Source: Gammaproteobacteria bacterium (GTDB lineage: Bacteria; Pseudomonadota; Gammaproteobacteria; Eutrophobiales; Eutrophobiaceae). Taken from it: DNA of 64,000 nt. Positions within the stretch are counted from its first letter, which is position 1. Each line of letters begins with the position of its first letter. The position numbers were made by a program, and so were the translations under genes. Location: assembly GCA_965222155.1 (NCBI GenBank), contig CBDCTH010000012.1, positions 1,216,001-1,280,000 on the forward strand, given 5' to 3'. A model generated the notes under the pieces. The model saw only the letters and a list, made by a program, of their open reading frames with translations, was not told where the DNA came from and made no database searches. Positions 19,302 through 29,399 of this stretch are shown piece after piece.

Positions 19302-20557
19302 TCCAGCTGCTTTACCCTCACCGACTTTACTGCGTTATCCGTCACCTGGGTAATCTCCAGCGTAAAATTGCCAAGCTTCAAGGTAGTGCCCGGCTCCGGC
19401 ATTGTCTCCAGCCGCTCAAGGATCAGGCCATTCAGGGTTTTCGGTCCGCTGGCCGGTAAATCCCAACCCAGTTGCCGGTTAATCTCCCGCAGAGTGGCCC
19501 CGCCGTCGATGATGAATGAAGCGTCATCCTGCTCGACGATATCAACGTTATAGGTCTGGATATCCGTCGTGAACTCGCCGACAATCTCTTCCAGGATATC
19601 CTCCAGCGTAACCAGTCCCTGGATAGTCCCGTATTCATCAACCACAAAGCCCAGACGCTTTTTTGTCCGTTGAAAATTCAGCAGTTGCGCGTTCAGGGAT
19701 GTGCTGAGGGGCACGAAGTGGGGCTCTTCGGCAATCTCATCCAGATCTTCCCGGGTAATTTCATGGGGATCTTTCAATAACCGTATGATACGCCGTACAT
19801 GGATCACACCGATAATCTCATCCAGGTTTTCCCGGTATAGCGGCACACGGGTATGCGAGTTCTGGCTGAGGTAATTCAGGTTCTCGGTCAAATCATCATC
19901 GATATCCACTCCCGTAATTTCGTTACGCGGCACCATGATGTCTTCTACCGTCACCTGCTCCAGATCGAGAATCCCGAGCAGCATTTCCAGATGCCTGGAG
20001 GGCAGCAGCTTACCCGCTTCCGAGAGCACTGTTTTCAATTCCTCCCGCGATAGACTGGTATGTTCTCCAGCTTCGATTTTGAAGCGTAGCAAGGCCAGGA
20101 ACTTATTGGCCAGCCAGTTGATTGTCCAGACGAAAGGATAAAAAATCACTGCCAGGAGCTTCAGGACGTATGATGCAGGAAACGCGAAACGTTCCGGATG
20201 AAACGCAGCCACTGTCTTGGGAGCGGTTTCCGCGAATACCAGAAAAATAATGGTGAGTATCACCGGCCCGATCGCGTAACCGATATTCCCCATTAACCTG
20301 ACCGCAATGACCACACCCAGAGAAGCGGCGTAAAAGTTGACGATATTGTTGCCGAACAGTATCAAGCCAAGCAGGCGGTCAGGACGTTTCAGCAGGTCGG
20401 AAGTGCGGATTGCGCCATTGTGTCCGTCATTGGCGAGATGGCGCAGGCGATAACGATTGACCGCCATCATGCTGGTTTCGGAACCGGCAAAAAATGCAGA
20501 TACGCCGATCATCAGTATAAGAAAACCGGATAACAGGTAAATGGACACGTCATCCAT
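19298..20557 (-). CDS. HlyC/CorC (CNNM) family CBS-domain transporter, YfjD-like
   Basis: SAFFAGSETSMMAVNRYRLRHL, MVPRNEI, VVDEYG, LEDILEEIVGEF. Confidence 0.92.
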   Translation of the reverse strand: MDDVSIYLLSGFLILMIGVSAFFAGSETSMMAVNRYRLRHLANDGHNGAIRTSDLLKRPDRLLGLILFGNNIVNFYAASLGVVIAVRLMGNIGYAIGPVILTIIFLVFAETAPKTVAAFHPERFAFPASYVLKLLAVIFYPFVWTINWLANKFLALLRFKIEAGEHTSLSREELKTVLSEAGKLLPSRHLEMLLGILDLEQVTVEDIMVPRNEITGVDIDDDLTENLNYLSQNSHTRVPLYRENLDEIIGVIHVRRIIRLLKDPHEITREDLDEIAEEPHFVPLSTSLNAQLLNFQRTKKRLGFVVDEYGTIQGLVTLEDILEEIVGEFTTDIQTYNVDIVEQDDASFIIDGGATLREINRQLGWDLPASGPKTLNGLILERLETMPEPGTTLKLGNFTLEITQVTDNAVKSVRVKQLD

Positions 20558-20677
20558 AGATATTGCCTCAGTTTGAAGTTGATGGATATTGTCTACTTAA
20601 TTAATGGCAGGACAAAAGTGAGAATTCTTCGAGTGTATCATCTCAGTCATGCACGCGTAAGCGGGAATTCAATGATA

Positions 20678-20833
20678 CAGCAGTTCCCGCTAACTCCCGG
20701 GATCGAGGGCATCCTGCCCTCGTGGAGGGCGAGACGCCCTCCTTCCCAGGGAAAAATGCCCCCTTATCTCCTGGGGGACAGATTTAAATCTGTCCCCTGT
20801 GCCTTGTTGACTTCGATTTAGCAGGAGCACCTG
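20678..20833. mobile_element. MITE (copy 1) with 9-bp TSD TCAATGATA
   Basis: TIRs CAGCAGTTCCCGCTAA / TTAGCAGGAGCACCTG; TCAATGATA at 20669-20677 and 20834-20842. Confidence 0.88.
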
Positions 20834-20860
20834 TCAATGATAAATGTCTGTTATGATCCG

Positions 20861-21676
20861 TTAAACCCGGTGCAGAATGAGTTCCAGAACAAGTTTTGAG
20901 CCGAAATACGCCAACACCAGGGTGAGGAAGCCCCCGAGGGTCCAGTAAATCAGCGTTTTACCGCGCCAGCCCCGGGACCATCTTCCCCAAAGCACAACGG
21001 CAAAGATGAACCAGGCCAGTATGGATAAAACGACTTTATGGGATAGATGTTGGCCCAGCATGTCGTACATGAACATCAGTCCCGTAGCCAGACTGAGACT
21101 CAACAGAAAAAAGCCCATCGTCAGGACTTGAACCAGCAGTTCTTCCATGGTTTGCATGGGAGGCAGGATATTTATCACTGTTACGGGCTGTTTTTTTCGT
21201 AGCTGCGCTTCCTGAAACGCAAGCACTAACGCTTGCACCGCCCCGATAGCCAGCAGTCCATAGGCAGTCACCGATAGCAGGATGTGTATTTTCAGTCCGG
21301 CAGCGATGCCGCCAGGTATAATGCTTGTGCTGGGCAGTGCAATTTCCAGCAGCAGCGCAAGTGCGGCAACGGGGAAAAAGATAACAACCAGGTTACCCAT
21401 GGCTCTGAATAACCCGGTCAGGACGGCAAGGCATGCAATCACCCAGCTTATGAGCGAAAAGGCATGGTAAAAGCCCAGGTTGAACCCTGCCTGGACCAGG
21501 ATTTCCCGGTAAAGTACCAGGCCGTGGCCCGACAGGGCCAGACCCGCAAGAGCGGCAATTGTGTGGTTAAATGCTTCCGTTGTCAGGCGCCGATGAAATA
21601 TTCTGCGCCCCAGCCAGCCTGAGGTCAGCAAATAAAGTAATATTACGGCGATGCTGATAATGGTATTGGTTTCCAT
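20861..21676 (-). CDS. Cytochrome c assembly family inner-membrane protein (YpjD/CcsA-like)
   Basis: HILLSVTAYG, LPPMQTMEELL, HKVVLSILAW, GWRGK, LAYFGSKLVLE; divergent from ffh. Confidence 0.9.
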   Translation of the reverse strand: METNTIISIAVILLYLLTSGWLGRRIFHRRLTTEAFNHTIAALAGLALSGHGLVLYREILVQAGFNLGFYHAFSLISWVIACLAVLTGLFRAMGNLVVIFFPVAALALLLEIALPSTSIIPGGIAAGLKIHILLSVTAYGLLAIGAVQALVLAFQEAQLRKKQPVTVINILPPMQTMEELLVQVLTMGFFLLSLSLATGLMFMYDMLGQHLSHKVVLSILAWFIFAVVLWGRWSRGWRGKTLIYWTLGGFLTLVLAYFGSKLVLELILHRV

Positions 21677-21729
21677 ATAATATCCGGCTGCGGATGAGGC
21701 ATCTAAATCTACCATAAATAGAGGGCATC

Positions 21730-23088
21730 ATGTTTGAAAATTTAAGCGGACGGTTCAGTCGCATAGTTCAGCAGTTGCGAGGTCATGCGCGCCTCACGGA
21801 AGATAATGTCGCGGCGACCATGCGGGACGTGCGCATGGCCTTGCTGGAGGCAGATGTAGCCTTGCCGGTTGTCAGGGCGTTTATCGAGCGGATTGAAAAC
21901 AAGGCATTGGGCAGGGAAGTATCAACCAGTCTCACCCCGGGACAGGCGGTTGTCAAAATTGTACAGGATGAACTTGTTCACCTGATGGGAGAGCAGCAAT
22001 CATCATTGAATTTAAGCGTTCCACCTCCGGCGGTCATTCTGATGGCGGGATTACAGGGCGCCGGCAAGACCACCAGCGTTGCAAAGCTGGGTAAATGGTG
22101 CAGGGACAAACACGATAAATCCGTAGTGGTGACCAGTTGCGATGTCTATCGGCCGGCGGCCCTGGAACAGTTGCGGGTGCTGGCGGAGGAAAACCAGCTC
22201 GAATATTTCCCGGCCGATGAGCAGCAAAAGCCCGTAGATATTGCCGCGGCAGCACTGAAACACACCCGCTCCCGGTTTGCCGACGTGCTGATTGTCGATA
22301 CTGCCGGCAGGTTGCACATAGACGAGGAAATGATGCTGGAGATTCAACGCATTCATGGCGTGCTCAACCCGTCTGATACCCTGTTTCTGGTGGACAGCAT
22401 GATGGGCCAGGATGCCGTTAACGCAGCCCAGGCTTTTAACGATGCCCTGGACCTGACCGGTGTCATATTGACGAAAGCGGATGGGGATGCCCGGGGCGGG
22501 GCGGCGCTGTCGGTTCGACATGTCACCGGTAAGCCTATCCTGTTCCTGGGTACCGGTGAGAAAACCTCGGAGTTATCCCTGTTTCACTCCGACAGGATTG
22601 CCTCGCGGATACTGGGCATGGGTGACATGTTGAGCCTGATTGAGGAAGTGGAGCAAAAAACGGATCAGGAAAAGGCAAAAAAGATAGCCAGGAAGCTGAA
22701 AAAGGGAAAGGGATTTGACCTGAATGATTTTCGCGACCAGGTACGGCAGATGCAAAGCATGGGAGGACTGAGTAGTCTGATGGACAAGATGCCGGGAATG
22801 CAGCAGATGCCCGCGGGTATTGCAGGCCAGGAGCGGGAACTGGTCAAAATAGAGGCGATCATAAATTCCATGACGCCTGGTGAACGGCGCTTCCCTGCCG
22901 TCATCAACGGCTCCAGGAAAAAACGCATTGCCTCCGGCTCGGGGACTCAGATACAGGATATCAATCGCTTGTTGAAGCAGTTCGACCGTATGCTGAAGAT
23001 GATGAAAAAACTGACCAGGAAAGGCAGCATGGAGAATATGGTGCGCGCAATGGGCGGTAACATGCAGCAGCGTGGTTTCCGCCGTTAA
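21730..23088 (+). CDS. ffh: Signal recognition particle protein
   Basis: GLQGAGKTT, DTAGR, TKADGDARGG, Met-rich M domain. Confidence 0.97.
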   Translation: MFENLSGRFSRIVQQLRGHARLTEDNVAATMRDVRMALLEADVALPVVRAFIERIENKALGREVSTSLTPGQAVVKIVQDELVHLMGEQQSSLNLSVPPPAVILMAGLQGAGKTTSVAKLGKWCRDKHDKSVVVTSCDVYRPAALEQLRVLAEENQLEYFPADEQQKPVDIAAAALKHTRSRFADVLIVDTAGRLHIDEEMMLEIQRIHGVLNPSDTLFLVDSMMGQDAVNAAQAFNDALDLTGVILTKADGDARGGAALSVRHVTGKPILFLGTGEKTSELSLFHSDRIASRILGMGDMLSLIEEVEQKTDQEKAKKIARKLKKGKGFDLNDFRDQVRQMQSMGGLSSLMDKMPGMQQMPAGIAGQERELVKIEAIINSMTPGERRFPAVINGSRKKRIASGSGTQIQDINRLLKQFDRMLKMMKKLTRKGSMENMVRAMGGNMQQRGFRR

Positions 23089-23098
23089 GCTTAGTTAC

Positions 23099-23123
23099 CA
23101 TTCCGGCGAAGGCCGGAATCCAG
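23099..23123 (+). repeat. CGTC-type REP hairpin
   Basis: CATTCCGGCGAAGGCCGGAATCCAG. Confidence 0.8.
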
Positions 23124-23146
23124 ATGTACAATCATCCGTCATCAGA

Positions 23147-23644
23147 CTATCTGACATGCTCAGGTTTTAACAGGAGATACAACAACAGGACTGAAAACGC
23201 GCCAAACCAGAACAGGCTCCACTCTGCGATACTCAGGGACAGGAAAGTCCATACTGTTTCGGCACACTCCCCGGAGCCTGTAAAAATCAGTTTAAGCGCA
23301 TCGAAAATCGGAAATGCCTGCAGGATGAAATCCAGTCCCGGCCCGCATTCAGGCACCCGTTCCGGCGGCAGGTGTTGCAACCATACCTGCCTGCCTGCAA
23401 TGGCGGCGCCTGCCAGCGCGCAAATCAGCGCCAGTGCATTGTAAATACGGGTTGCCGAACCATGAATAAAACACGCGAGGCAGACGAGACCGACTCCCAG
23501 GTAAGCAACCCGTTGCAAAATACACAGCGGGCAGGGGTCCAGATCCTGGACGAATTGCAGGTAGTAGCCGAACCCAAGCAGCGACAGGCAAGCCAGGGCA
23601 ATAAATAAATGAATGAGGCGTCCGGAATGTAACGGTGAGTTCAT
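23147..23644 (-). CDS. dsbB: Disulfide bond formation protein B
   Basis: PCPLCILQR, RQVWLQHLPPERVPECGPG, GSGECAE. Confidence 0.95.
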   Translation of the reverse strand: MNSPLHSGRLIHLFIALACLSLLGFGYYLQFVQDLDPCPLCILQRVAYLGVGLVCLACFIHGSATRIYNALALICALAGAAIAGRQVWLQHLPPERVPECGPGLDFILQAFPIFDALKLIFTGSGECAETVWTFLSLSIAEWSLFWFGAFSVLLLYLLLKPEHVR

Positions 23645-23650
23645 AATTTA

Positions 23651-23750
23651 GGGAACCTCTATTTATTCACAAATTGATATATTAGCGGTCAATGATTTCA
23701 ATAAGTTAGCGACCCTGTGTATCGAAAAATGTCTATTATTAGAGGTTCCC
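23651..23750. mobile_element. 100-bp MITE with IS5-like ends
   Basis: GGGAACCTCT...AGAGGTTCCC terminal inverted repeats in TTA/TA context. Confidence 0.7.
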
Positions 23751-23774
23751 TTTAATCGTTCTTCGTGTCTCAGT

Positions 23775-23803
23775 CGCCATTCCGGCGCAGGCCGGAATCC
23801 AGT
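23775..23803 (+). repeat. CGTC-type REP hairpin
   Basis: CGCCATTCCGGCGCAGGCCGGAATCCAGT. Confidence 0.8.
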
Positions 23804-24774
23804 CAAAAACATCCGCCTAAAAATTCAACTATCCGCTGTTCCAACCAATACACAGGATACCCCGGCGCCTTGCCGCTGACAAATCCGATGTGCCCGCCGG
23901 TCTGCGCAAGCTCCAGTTGCACATATTCGGACAACTCATCTTCAGCAGGGATGACGTCCTCGGTCATGAGGGGGTCGTCCCGGGCATGGACTAACAAGAC
24001 AGGTACGTTGATGCTGCGTAAATACTGACGCGAGCTGCTGCGCATGTAGTAGTCCTCCACCCCGGCAAAGCCATGCAGCGGAGCCGTTATCTTATCGTCG
24101 AAGCTGAAAAAATCATTCAGCTTAGGAACTTCGCCGATGTCCAGGGGGCAGTCCCTAGCGCTGAATTTATCGATGATTTTACGTTTCAACAAGCGGAGCA
24201 GCCGGCGCTGGTATAGCCTGGAAAACCCTTTATTGAGCCGTCCTGCCCCTTCGGCCAGGGCGTAGGGCACGGAAACAGCGGCCGCTGCATGGACCTGTCC
24301 CTTGCGGTCTGCTTCTCCCAGGTACTTCAACAGCGCATTGCCGCCCAGCGAATAGCCCACAGCCGCTATGGGAACGCCGGGAAACCGCTCATGCAAATGG
24401 TCGATCAGGAACTCGATATCACCGGTCTCTCCGGAATGGTAACTGCGCGCCAAACGGTTATGTTCCCCGCTGCAACCGCGAAAATGCATGAATACCCCGA
24501 GCCAACCCTGTTTTTCAATGCCCGCTAGGAGCGGCTTGACGTAATGGGAGTCTACGCATCCTTCAAGTCCGTGAAATACCGCGACGATCTGGCTTCCTGC
24601 ATTCGCTGTCAGACACAGGTCAACGAAGTCCCCGTCGGGTAACTCAAGCCGCTCACGGGTCAAGTCCACCTCCGCCCTGCGCCGAAAATAATACGGCCAC
24701 AGGGTCTGTAAATTAGCGCCCGGCAACCACCATGCAGGCTCAAACCCGCTCGTTACGATCTTTCCGTGTTTCAT
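23803..24774 (-). CDS. yheT: YheT-family alpha/beta hydrolase
   Basis: ERLELPDGDFVDL, HGLEG, FRGCSG, GYSLGG, GGHIGFV. Confidence 0.9.
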   Translation of the reverse strand: MKHGKIVTSGFEPAWWLPGANLQTLWPYYFRRRAEVDLTRERLELPDGDFVDLCLTANAGSQIVAVFHGLEGCVDSHYVKPLLAGIEKQGWLGVFMHFRGCSGEHNRLARSYHSGETGDIEFLIDHLHERFPGVPIAAVGYSLGGNALLKYLGEADRKGQVHAAAAVSVPYALAEGAGRLNKGFSRLYQRRLLRLLKRKIIDKFSARDCPLDIGEVPKLNDFFSFDDKITAPLHGFAGVEDYYMRSSSRQYLRSINVPVLLVHARDDPLMTEDVIPAEDELSEYVQLELAQTGGHIGFVSGKAPGYPVYWLEQRIVEFLGGCF

Positions 24775-25073
24775 AAGCAGTCATTATATGATGCTAAATT
24801 GAGAGTTGTGCTTGAAAAAAACCGATGTCGAATTTTTTGTCAGGCTCAGGGGAGCCAGCGGAGCTAGGGTCGGACCTCTGTAATTTCAATCGGGCCTTTT
24901 GGTTTAAGCATAGATATTATTTGTCACCGGGCCTCTTATTTTATTTGACGTATATATCGATATTCGATGCAAACCCATAAAAAAATCGCACCCCTTAAAA
25001 AGGCCGGATAGTAGAAGCCATGGGTCGGACCTCTTATGCTGCCCCTTAAGTATTATTTCCCCGGAATTACCCT

Positions 25074-25101
25074 TTGCGTTATACGGGATTTTGTATAAAA
25101 T
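25074..25101 (+). promoter_or_regulatory. Putative sigma70 promoter with operator palindrome for the TA operon
   Basis: TTGCGT-16-TAAAAT overlapping TTATAC...GTATAA, ending 6 nt upstream of the toxin ATG. Confidence 0.5.
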
Positions 25102-25107
25102 AACCGA

Positions 25108-25431
25108 ATGAAACTATTGAAGTTCGCAGGAAGCGCGCTTGCTGATATTCGGGATTTCCCGTTGGAAGCCAGGCGGGAAGCAGGTTACCAGCTCAGCCAA
25201 GTACAGTTCGGGTTTGAACCGTCTGATTGGAAACCGATGAGCAGTATAAGTCCCGGCGTTCGTGAAATACGTATTCATAAGAAAGGAGAATTTCGTGTGA
25301 TATATATCAGTAGGTTTGATGAAGCCATATATGTATTACAGGCGTTTCAGGAGAAAACCAGGAAAATATCGAAAAAAGACAGGGAATTGATCAAGGCTCG
25401 TTTAAAAATGATTTCGGAGGTACGCTTATGA
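25108..25431 (+). CDS. RelE/ParE-superfamily (HigB/Gp49-like) toxin
   Basis: FPLEARREAGYQL, DWKPMSSISPGVREIRI, FRVIY, YVLQAFQEKT. Confidence 0.88.
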   Translation: MKLLKFAGSALADIRDFPLEARREAGYQLSQVQFGFEPSDWKPMSSISPGVREIRIHKKGEFRVIYISRFDEAIYVLQAFQEKTRKISKKDRELIKARLKMISEVRL

Positions 25432-25727
25432 GCAAGAAAGACAGACAAATTATTGACTCCTCAGGCAATGTCTTTGCTGATTTAGGCTTTGAACGATACG
25501 AAGCCGAAAACCTGCTGGTGCGCTCCAGGCTAATGGCGGCGATAAAAGCCTATATCGAGTCTGAAGGCATCACTCAAAGCGAGGCGGCTGAACGCTTCGG
25601 CGTTGCCCAACCCCGCATCAGTGAAATTTACCAGGGTAAAATCGAATTATTTTCTGCGGACAAGCTGATAAATATGTTGGCCCGGGTAGGGCGGCATGTA
25701 GAAATTTCCGTCCATAAGGCCGCCTGA
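25428..25727 (+). CDS. XRE-family HTH antitoxin (HigA-like)
   Basis: SSGNVFADLGF, TQSEAAERFGVAQPRISE; ATGA overlap with the toxin. Confidence 0.88.
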   Translation: MSKKDRQIIDSSGNVFADLGFERYEAENLLVRSRLMAAIKAYIESEGITQSEAAERFGVAQPRISEIYQGKIELFSADKLINMLARVGRHVEISVHKAA

Positions 25728-26096
25728 TCTCATCAGGCATTTCCAAAGCAATGGTGTATCCTAGCGAATTCCGAAACATTAATGGAACAAACGTGACCTC
25801 TACTCGATAAATGGAAAAATTCAACCGACTGAAAGAAATCCTGCGGACGATGTTCCAGCTCGACCGGGGCGACCTGGACTTCGGCCTGTACCGGATCATG
25901 AATCTAAAGGCAGGGGAAATAGAGGAATTTCTCGAAAAAGATTTATTGCCACAGGTGCAGACCGCTTTGGCAGGAAACGTTGCCGACAGGCAGGCCGGAT
26001 TAGAAAAAGAACTGGCTGAGAAAAAGGGCGTCAAGCGCGTGGCCGTGCAGGACTTTGGCGACAACAACCTGGTCCTGGTGGATGAAGGGCACCTAG

Positions 26097-27864
26097 CCCG
26101 CATATCTCACAAACTTTACCAAACAGCGACAAACAGGCTGTCTGTCGTTGATTCACTCACTGCATAGGGTCGATAGAGCAGGCAAACAAGCAAATCGGTG
26201 ACGCGTACGGCCTGTTTATCACGACCCTCCGGTGACAGACCGGCGTTTGCCCTGCCCAGGCGGGTGTGATGCGGTCAGCCGGCCAAGGGAGACCGTTCAC
26301 GGCGGGGCCGCCGCGCGGGTCAGGGGATGAGTGAGGTCCCGCGGGTTAACCGGGTGGGTCGGGCACGGGGCCGTCTCGCAGTTGTTGGCGCACGGTGGCG
26401 AACCTGGCCTGGTGCGGATAGCCGGAGGCGAAGGCCAGCCAGACCCGGCGGGCGCTGATGCGCACCACGGCGGCCAGTTTGAGGATACGGGTGCGGAGCG
26501 TGCCGCATTGCGCCTTGGCCCAACGGGTGCCGGCCAGTCCCAGGCGGCGCAGGCCGTGCAGCAGCAGGCAGGCAAAGGCAGACAGCTACAGGCGCAACTG
26601 GTTGGCGCGCAGGGTGGCCGTGCTGGTACGGTCGGCAAACAGGCCCGGTTGCTGCGCCTTGATGCGATTTTCCAGCTCCCCGCGCATGCAGTATAACTGC
26701 TCGTACAACACCTGGGCGCCGGCGGTTTTGTTATCCAGGTTGGTGACCACAAAACGCGGGTTGGCGCCGTTGGCCAGATGCGCTGCTTTTGCTAGCACCC
26801 GGCGCGTGCGCGACCAACTCTGCAAGGTACGATACCGTAATTCCCGGAAGCGCCGCGCGGCCCGGCCCGTCTGCAGGTAACGCCGGTGCGACTTGCGCAA
26901 GGCCTTGGCAATCTGCTTCTCCAACCGGCCATTGCGCGCCAACCCGAGCAGGTAATCCACATCATTGGCTTCGCACCAGGCCATCAGTTCCTCCCGGCAA
27001 AACCCCGAATCCCCGCGTACCCTGACCTGCACCTCGGGCCAACGCTGCCTTATCTGTCCGATAATCCGGGCCAACTCGTCCACACGGCCTGCCGCCGCAT
27101 CCTCATTGGCCGGGCGCAACCGGGCGCACAACAGGTGCTCCTCACAGAAGATGTACAACGGCAGATAACAATAGGACTTGTAGTAGCCGTGAAAGAAACG
27201 CCCCGCCTGCTCACCGTGCAGCGGGTCGTCCGTCGCAGCGAGGTCCAGCCACAACACCGACGGCGCACGCCGGTACGAGGCCGGAAAGGTCTCCACCAGC
27301 ACGCGGGCCAACCCCGCAGGGTCTGCCACTATCTTCTGGTAACGGTGCTGCGCCGCCTGCTCAGGCACCCCCAACTCCAGCCGGTTCAACGTGCTCGACC
27401 CCGCCAACGGATGCCCCCGGTCACGGGCCCGGCGACGGCTATCCCCCGTCAGGTCCGCCTTGCCCACCAGTAACGCCAGCAGACTGTCACTGCGCAAGGC
27501 ATCCTGGTCATTGAGGTCTTCATACCCCAAGGCCAGCCCATAGATGCGTTGCGCCAACAACGCCTGTACCGGGTGCTCCACCTTCCCCGCCTGACGATAA
27601 TCCGTAAAACACCCCGCCAGCCGGGGCAGCACATTCAAACGCTGCTCCAGCTCACGCAGCAGCAGCCCGCCGGCGTCCGAGGTGCGCCGGCCACCGTCAA
27701 ATCGCCCGGTGACATGGCGCCGACCAAAGGATTGAAATTCAAGTTGGGTTGAAGTACACTGTGTAGCCATGGGGTCTCCTCTCAAGTTTAATGTAAAATA
27801 TTGATAACTCTCACATTATACGCGAAGTTGAGACCCTTTTACAATGGTTTGTGAGATATGCGGG
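26097..27864 (-). mobile_element. IS1380-family insertion sequence
   Basis: TIRs CCCGCATATCTCACAAAC / GTTTGTGAGATATGCGGG; CTAG duplicated at 26093-26096 and 27865-27868. Confidence 0.93.
26340..27770 (-). pseudogene. IS1380 transposase with premature in-frame TAG at 26586-26588 (lower coordinate approximate)
   Basis: FDGGRRTSDAGGLLL, VRGDSGFCRE, NPRFVVTNL; ANQLRL*LSAFACLLLHGLRRLGL continues in frame. Confidence 0.88.
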
Positions 27865-28278
27865 CTAGGCGCGTCCGGCAAGGTATGGCGCGAGCGGCGC
27901 AAGGAATTATCCAGTGGTGGTTTTACCTTTGAATATTCCGCTACCTTAAAAGATACAACTACACCACGTTATTCATGAAACTGAAAAACGGGTTCGCAAA
28001 ACTGACCCTGACCTGCGTCTGAGTGCCTATATACTGTCCGTAACAGCCGTCCAACAGATTGATGGAGGTGTTCGCCATCCAAACGAGTGGAAAGAGGATG
28101 GTGTTTATTTCCTGAACGATCCTGATTGTCTGAAACAAGTTATCACGCACGTATTAGAACGAGAAACTCTACCACACTAAGTTTACGTCCTGGTAGCCTG
28201 TCGGCCTGGGGTGACACGATAATCGACTGGATGCCGGGTCAAGCCCGGCATGGCGCTCTGGATGGTGACGAGTGAAAT

Positions 28279-29025
28279 TCACGGCCTGAAATCGCAATGC
28301 ACCTGGAACGGGCAGTCAGGGGCGTCTTCAGCGACCACGCGTCCGGACTCAATATACGGTCGTTCCAGGACGATTAACAACTCCTGGCCTGTATCCGTAG
28401 CAGCCGAATTCACCACTGTGCCGATGTTTCTTTCTTCTCCATCCGGCATCAGCGCGGTACCGGGTTCCAGGAGGGTTTTGTTTTCCGTCGTTGCATGGCA
28501 CAGGCGTCGCTTGACTTTGCCGCGGTAGCGCAGGCGCGCGATGATCTCCTGGCCCGGGTAACAACCCTTGGTGAATGACACGGCGTCCAATTCGTCCAGA
28601 TTCAGTTCCTGGGGCAGGAAGCGTCCACTGGTTTCCGGGCGGAGCCAGGGAATGCCTTGTCTGATGGATGTTGTTTCCAAGGAGTCAGCGTCTATTCCGG
28701 ATGGATAAGTTGGTAATTCCGGAATTTTTTCTGTCTCTATCCCCGTATCAACGATATTTACGTCAGCGCGCAATACGTACATTTTCAGACGCTTGCTAAA
28801 TGCCTCTTTTAGTGCGCCCGGCAGCAGCAACCAGAAAGTCTCATCCGAGCGGGCCAGGATGAAGGTGGCGATCACCCTGCCTTTGGGGTCGCACCAGGCG
28901 CTGAGGCCGGCCTGGCCGGGAACGAGTCCGGTAACATCAGTTGTGAATTGTCCGTGGAGAAAGCCGGAGGCGTCAGCGCCGTCAATCTTGATTGGGGTGA
29001 GGAAGTTAATCGAGCCGGGGCTCAT
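28279..29025 (-). CDS. ygfZ: Folate-binding Fe-S/tRNA-modification protein YgfZ
   Basis: GADASGFLHGQFTTDV, VSFTKGCYPGQEIIAR. Confidence 0.9.
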   Translation of the reverse strand: MSPGSINFLTPIKIDGADASGFLHGQFTTDVTGLVPGQAGLSAWCDPKGRVIATFILARSDETFWLLLPGALKEAFSKRLKMYVLRADVNIVDTGIETEKIPELPTYPSGIDADSLETTSIRQGIPWLRPETSGRFLPQELNLDELDAVSFTKGCYPGQEIIARLRYRGKVKRRLCHATTENKTLLEPGTALMPDGEERNIGTVVNSAATDTGQELLIVLERPYIESGRVVAEDAPDCPFQVHCDFRP

Positions 29026-29399
29026 TGGGTTGCTTCGTGCTCGTTAACATCCGTGTCTCTGGATACCGGACAATCCCCCGGCTTACCGTATGCCGGGGCA
29101 GGCCTGTCCGGTACGACGCTGCTTGCGTCTTTCCCGTATAAGGGATGTTGGTGAGGTATGGCGTTGATTTTTCCTATGAGGGGCAGATAATCGGGGTTGG
29201 CCGGCTGCGCCTGACCGGTGATCCAGGCATACAGATCGGGATCGGCCTCATCCAGCAGGGAGCCGAACAGGGATTGTTCCCTGGAATTCAAGTGGGGATA
29301 ATCCCGTTCCAGAAAACGCAGCAACAGCAAATCCATTTCCCGGGTGCCGCGCCGGCAGCGCCAGCGTAACCGTGCGGTGGAATTAATGGCTGTTCCCAT
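29022..29399 (-). CDS. sdhE: Succinate dehydrogenase FAD assembly factor SdhE with C-terminal extension
   Basis: RLRWRCRRGTREMDLLL, DPDLYAWI. Confidence 0.9.
   Translation of the reverse strand: MGTAINSTARLRWRCRRGTREMDLLLLRFLERDYPHLNSREQSLFGSLLDEADPDLYAWITGQAQPANPDYLPLIGKINAIPHQHPLYGKDASSVVPDRPAPAYGKPGDCPVSRDTDVNEHEATQ

Larger units (their letters stand above)
25811..28180 (+). pseudogene. Collapsed type III restriction-modification locus (mod N-terminus fused to res fragments), interrupted by IS1380
   Basis: MFQLDRGDLDFGLYRIMN (Mod-like start), NNLVLVDEGH|LGASGKVW...GFTFEYSAT across the IS (helicase motifs II/III), then a probable C-terminal fragment ending at 28180. Confidence 0.7.
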
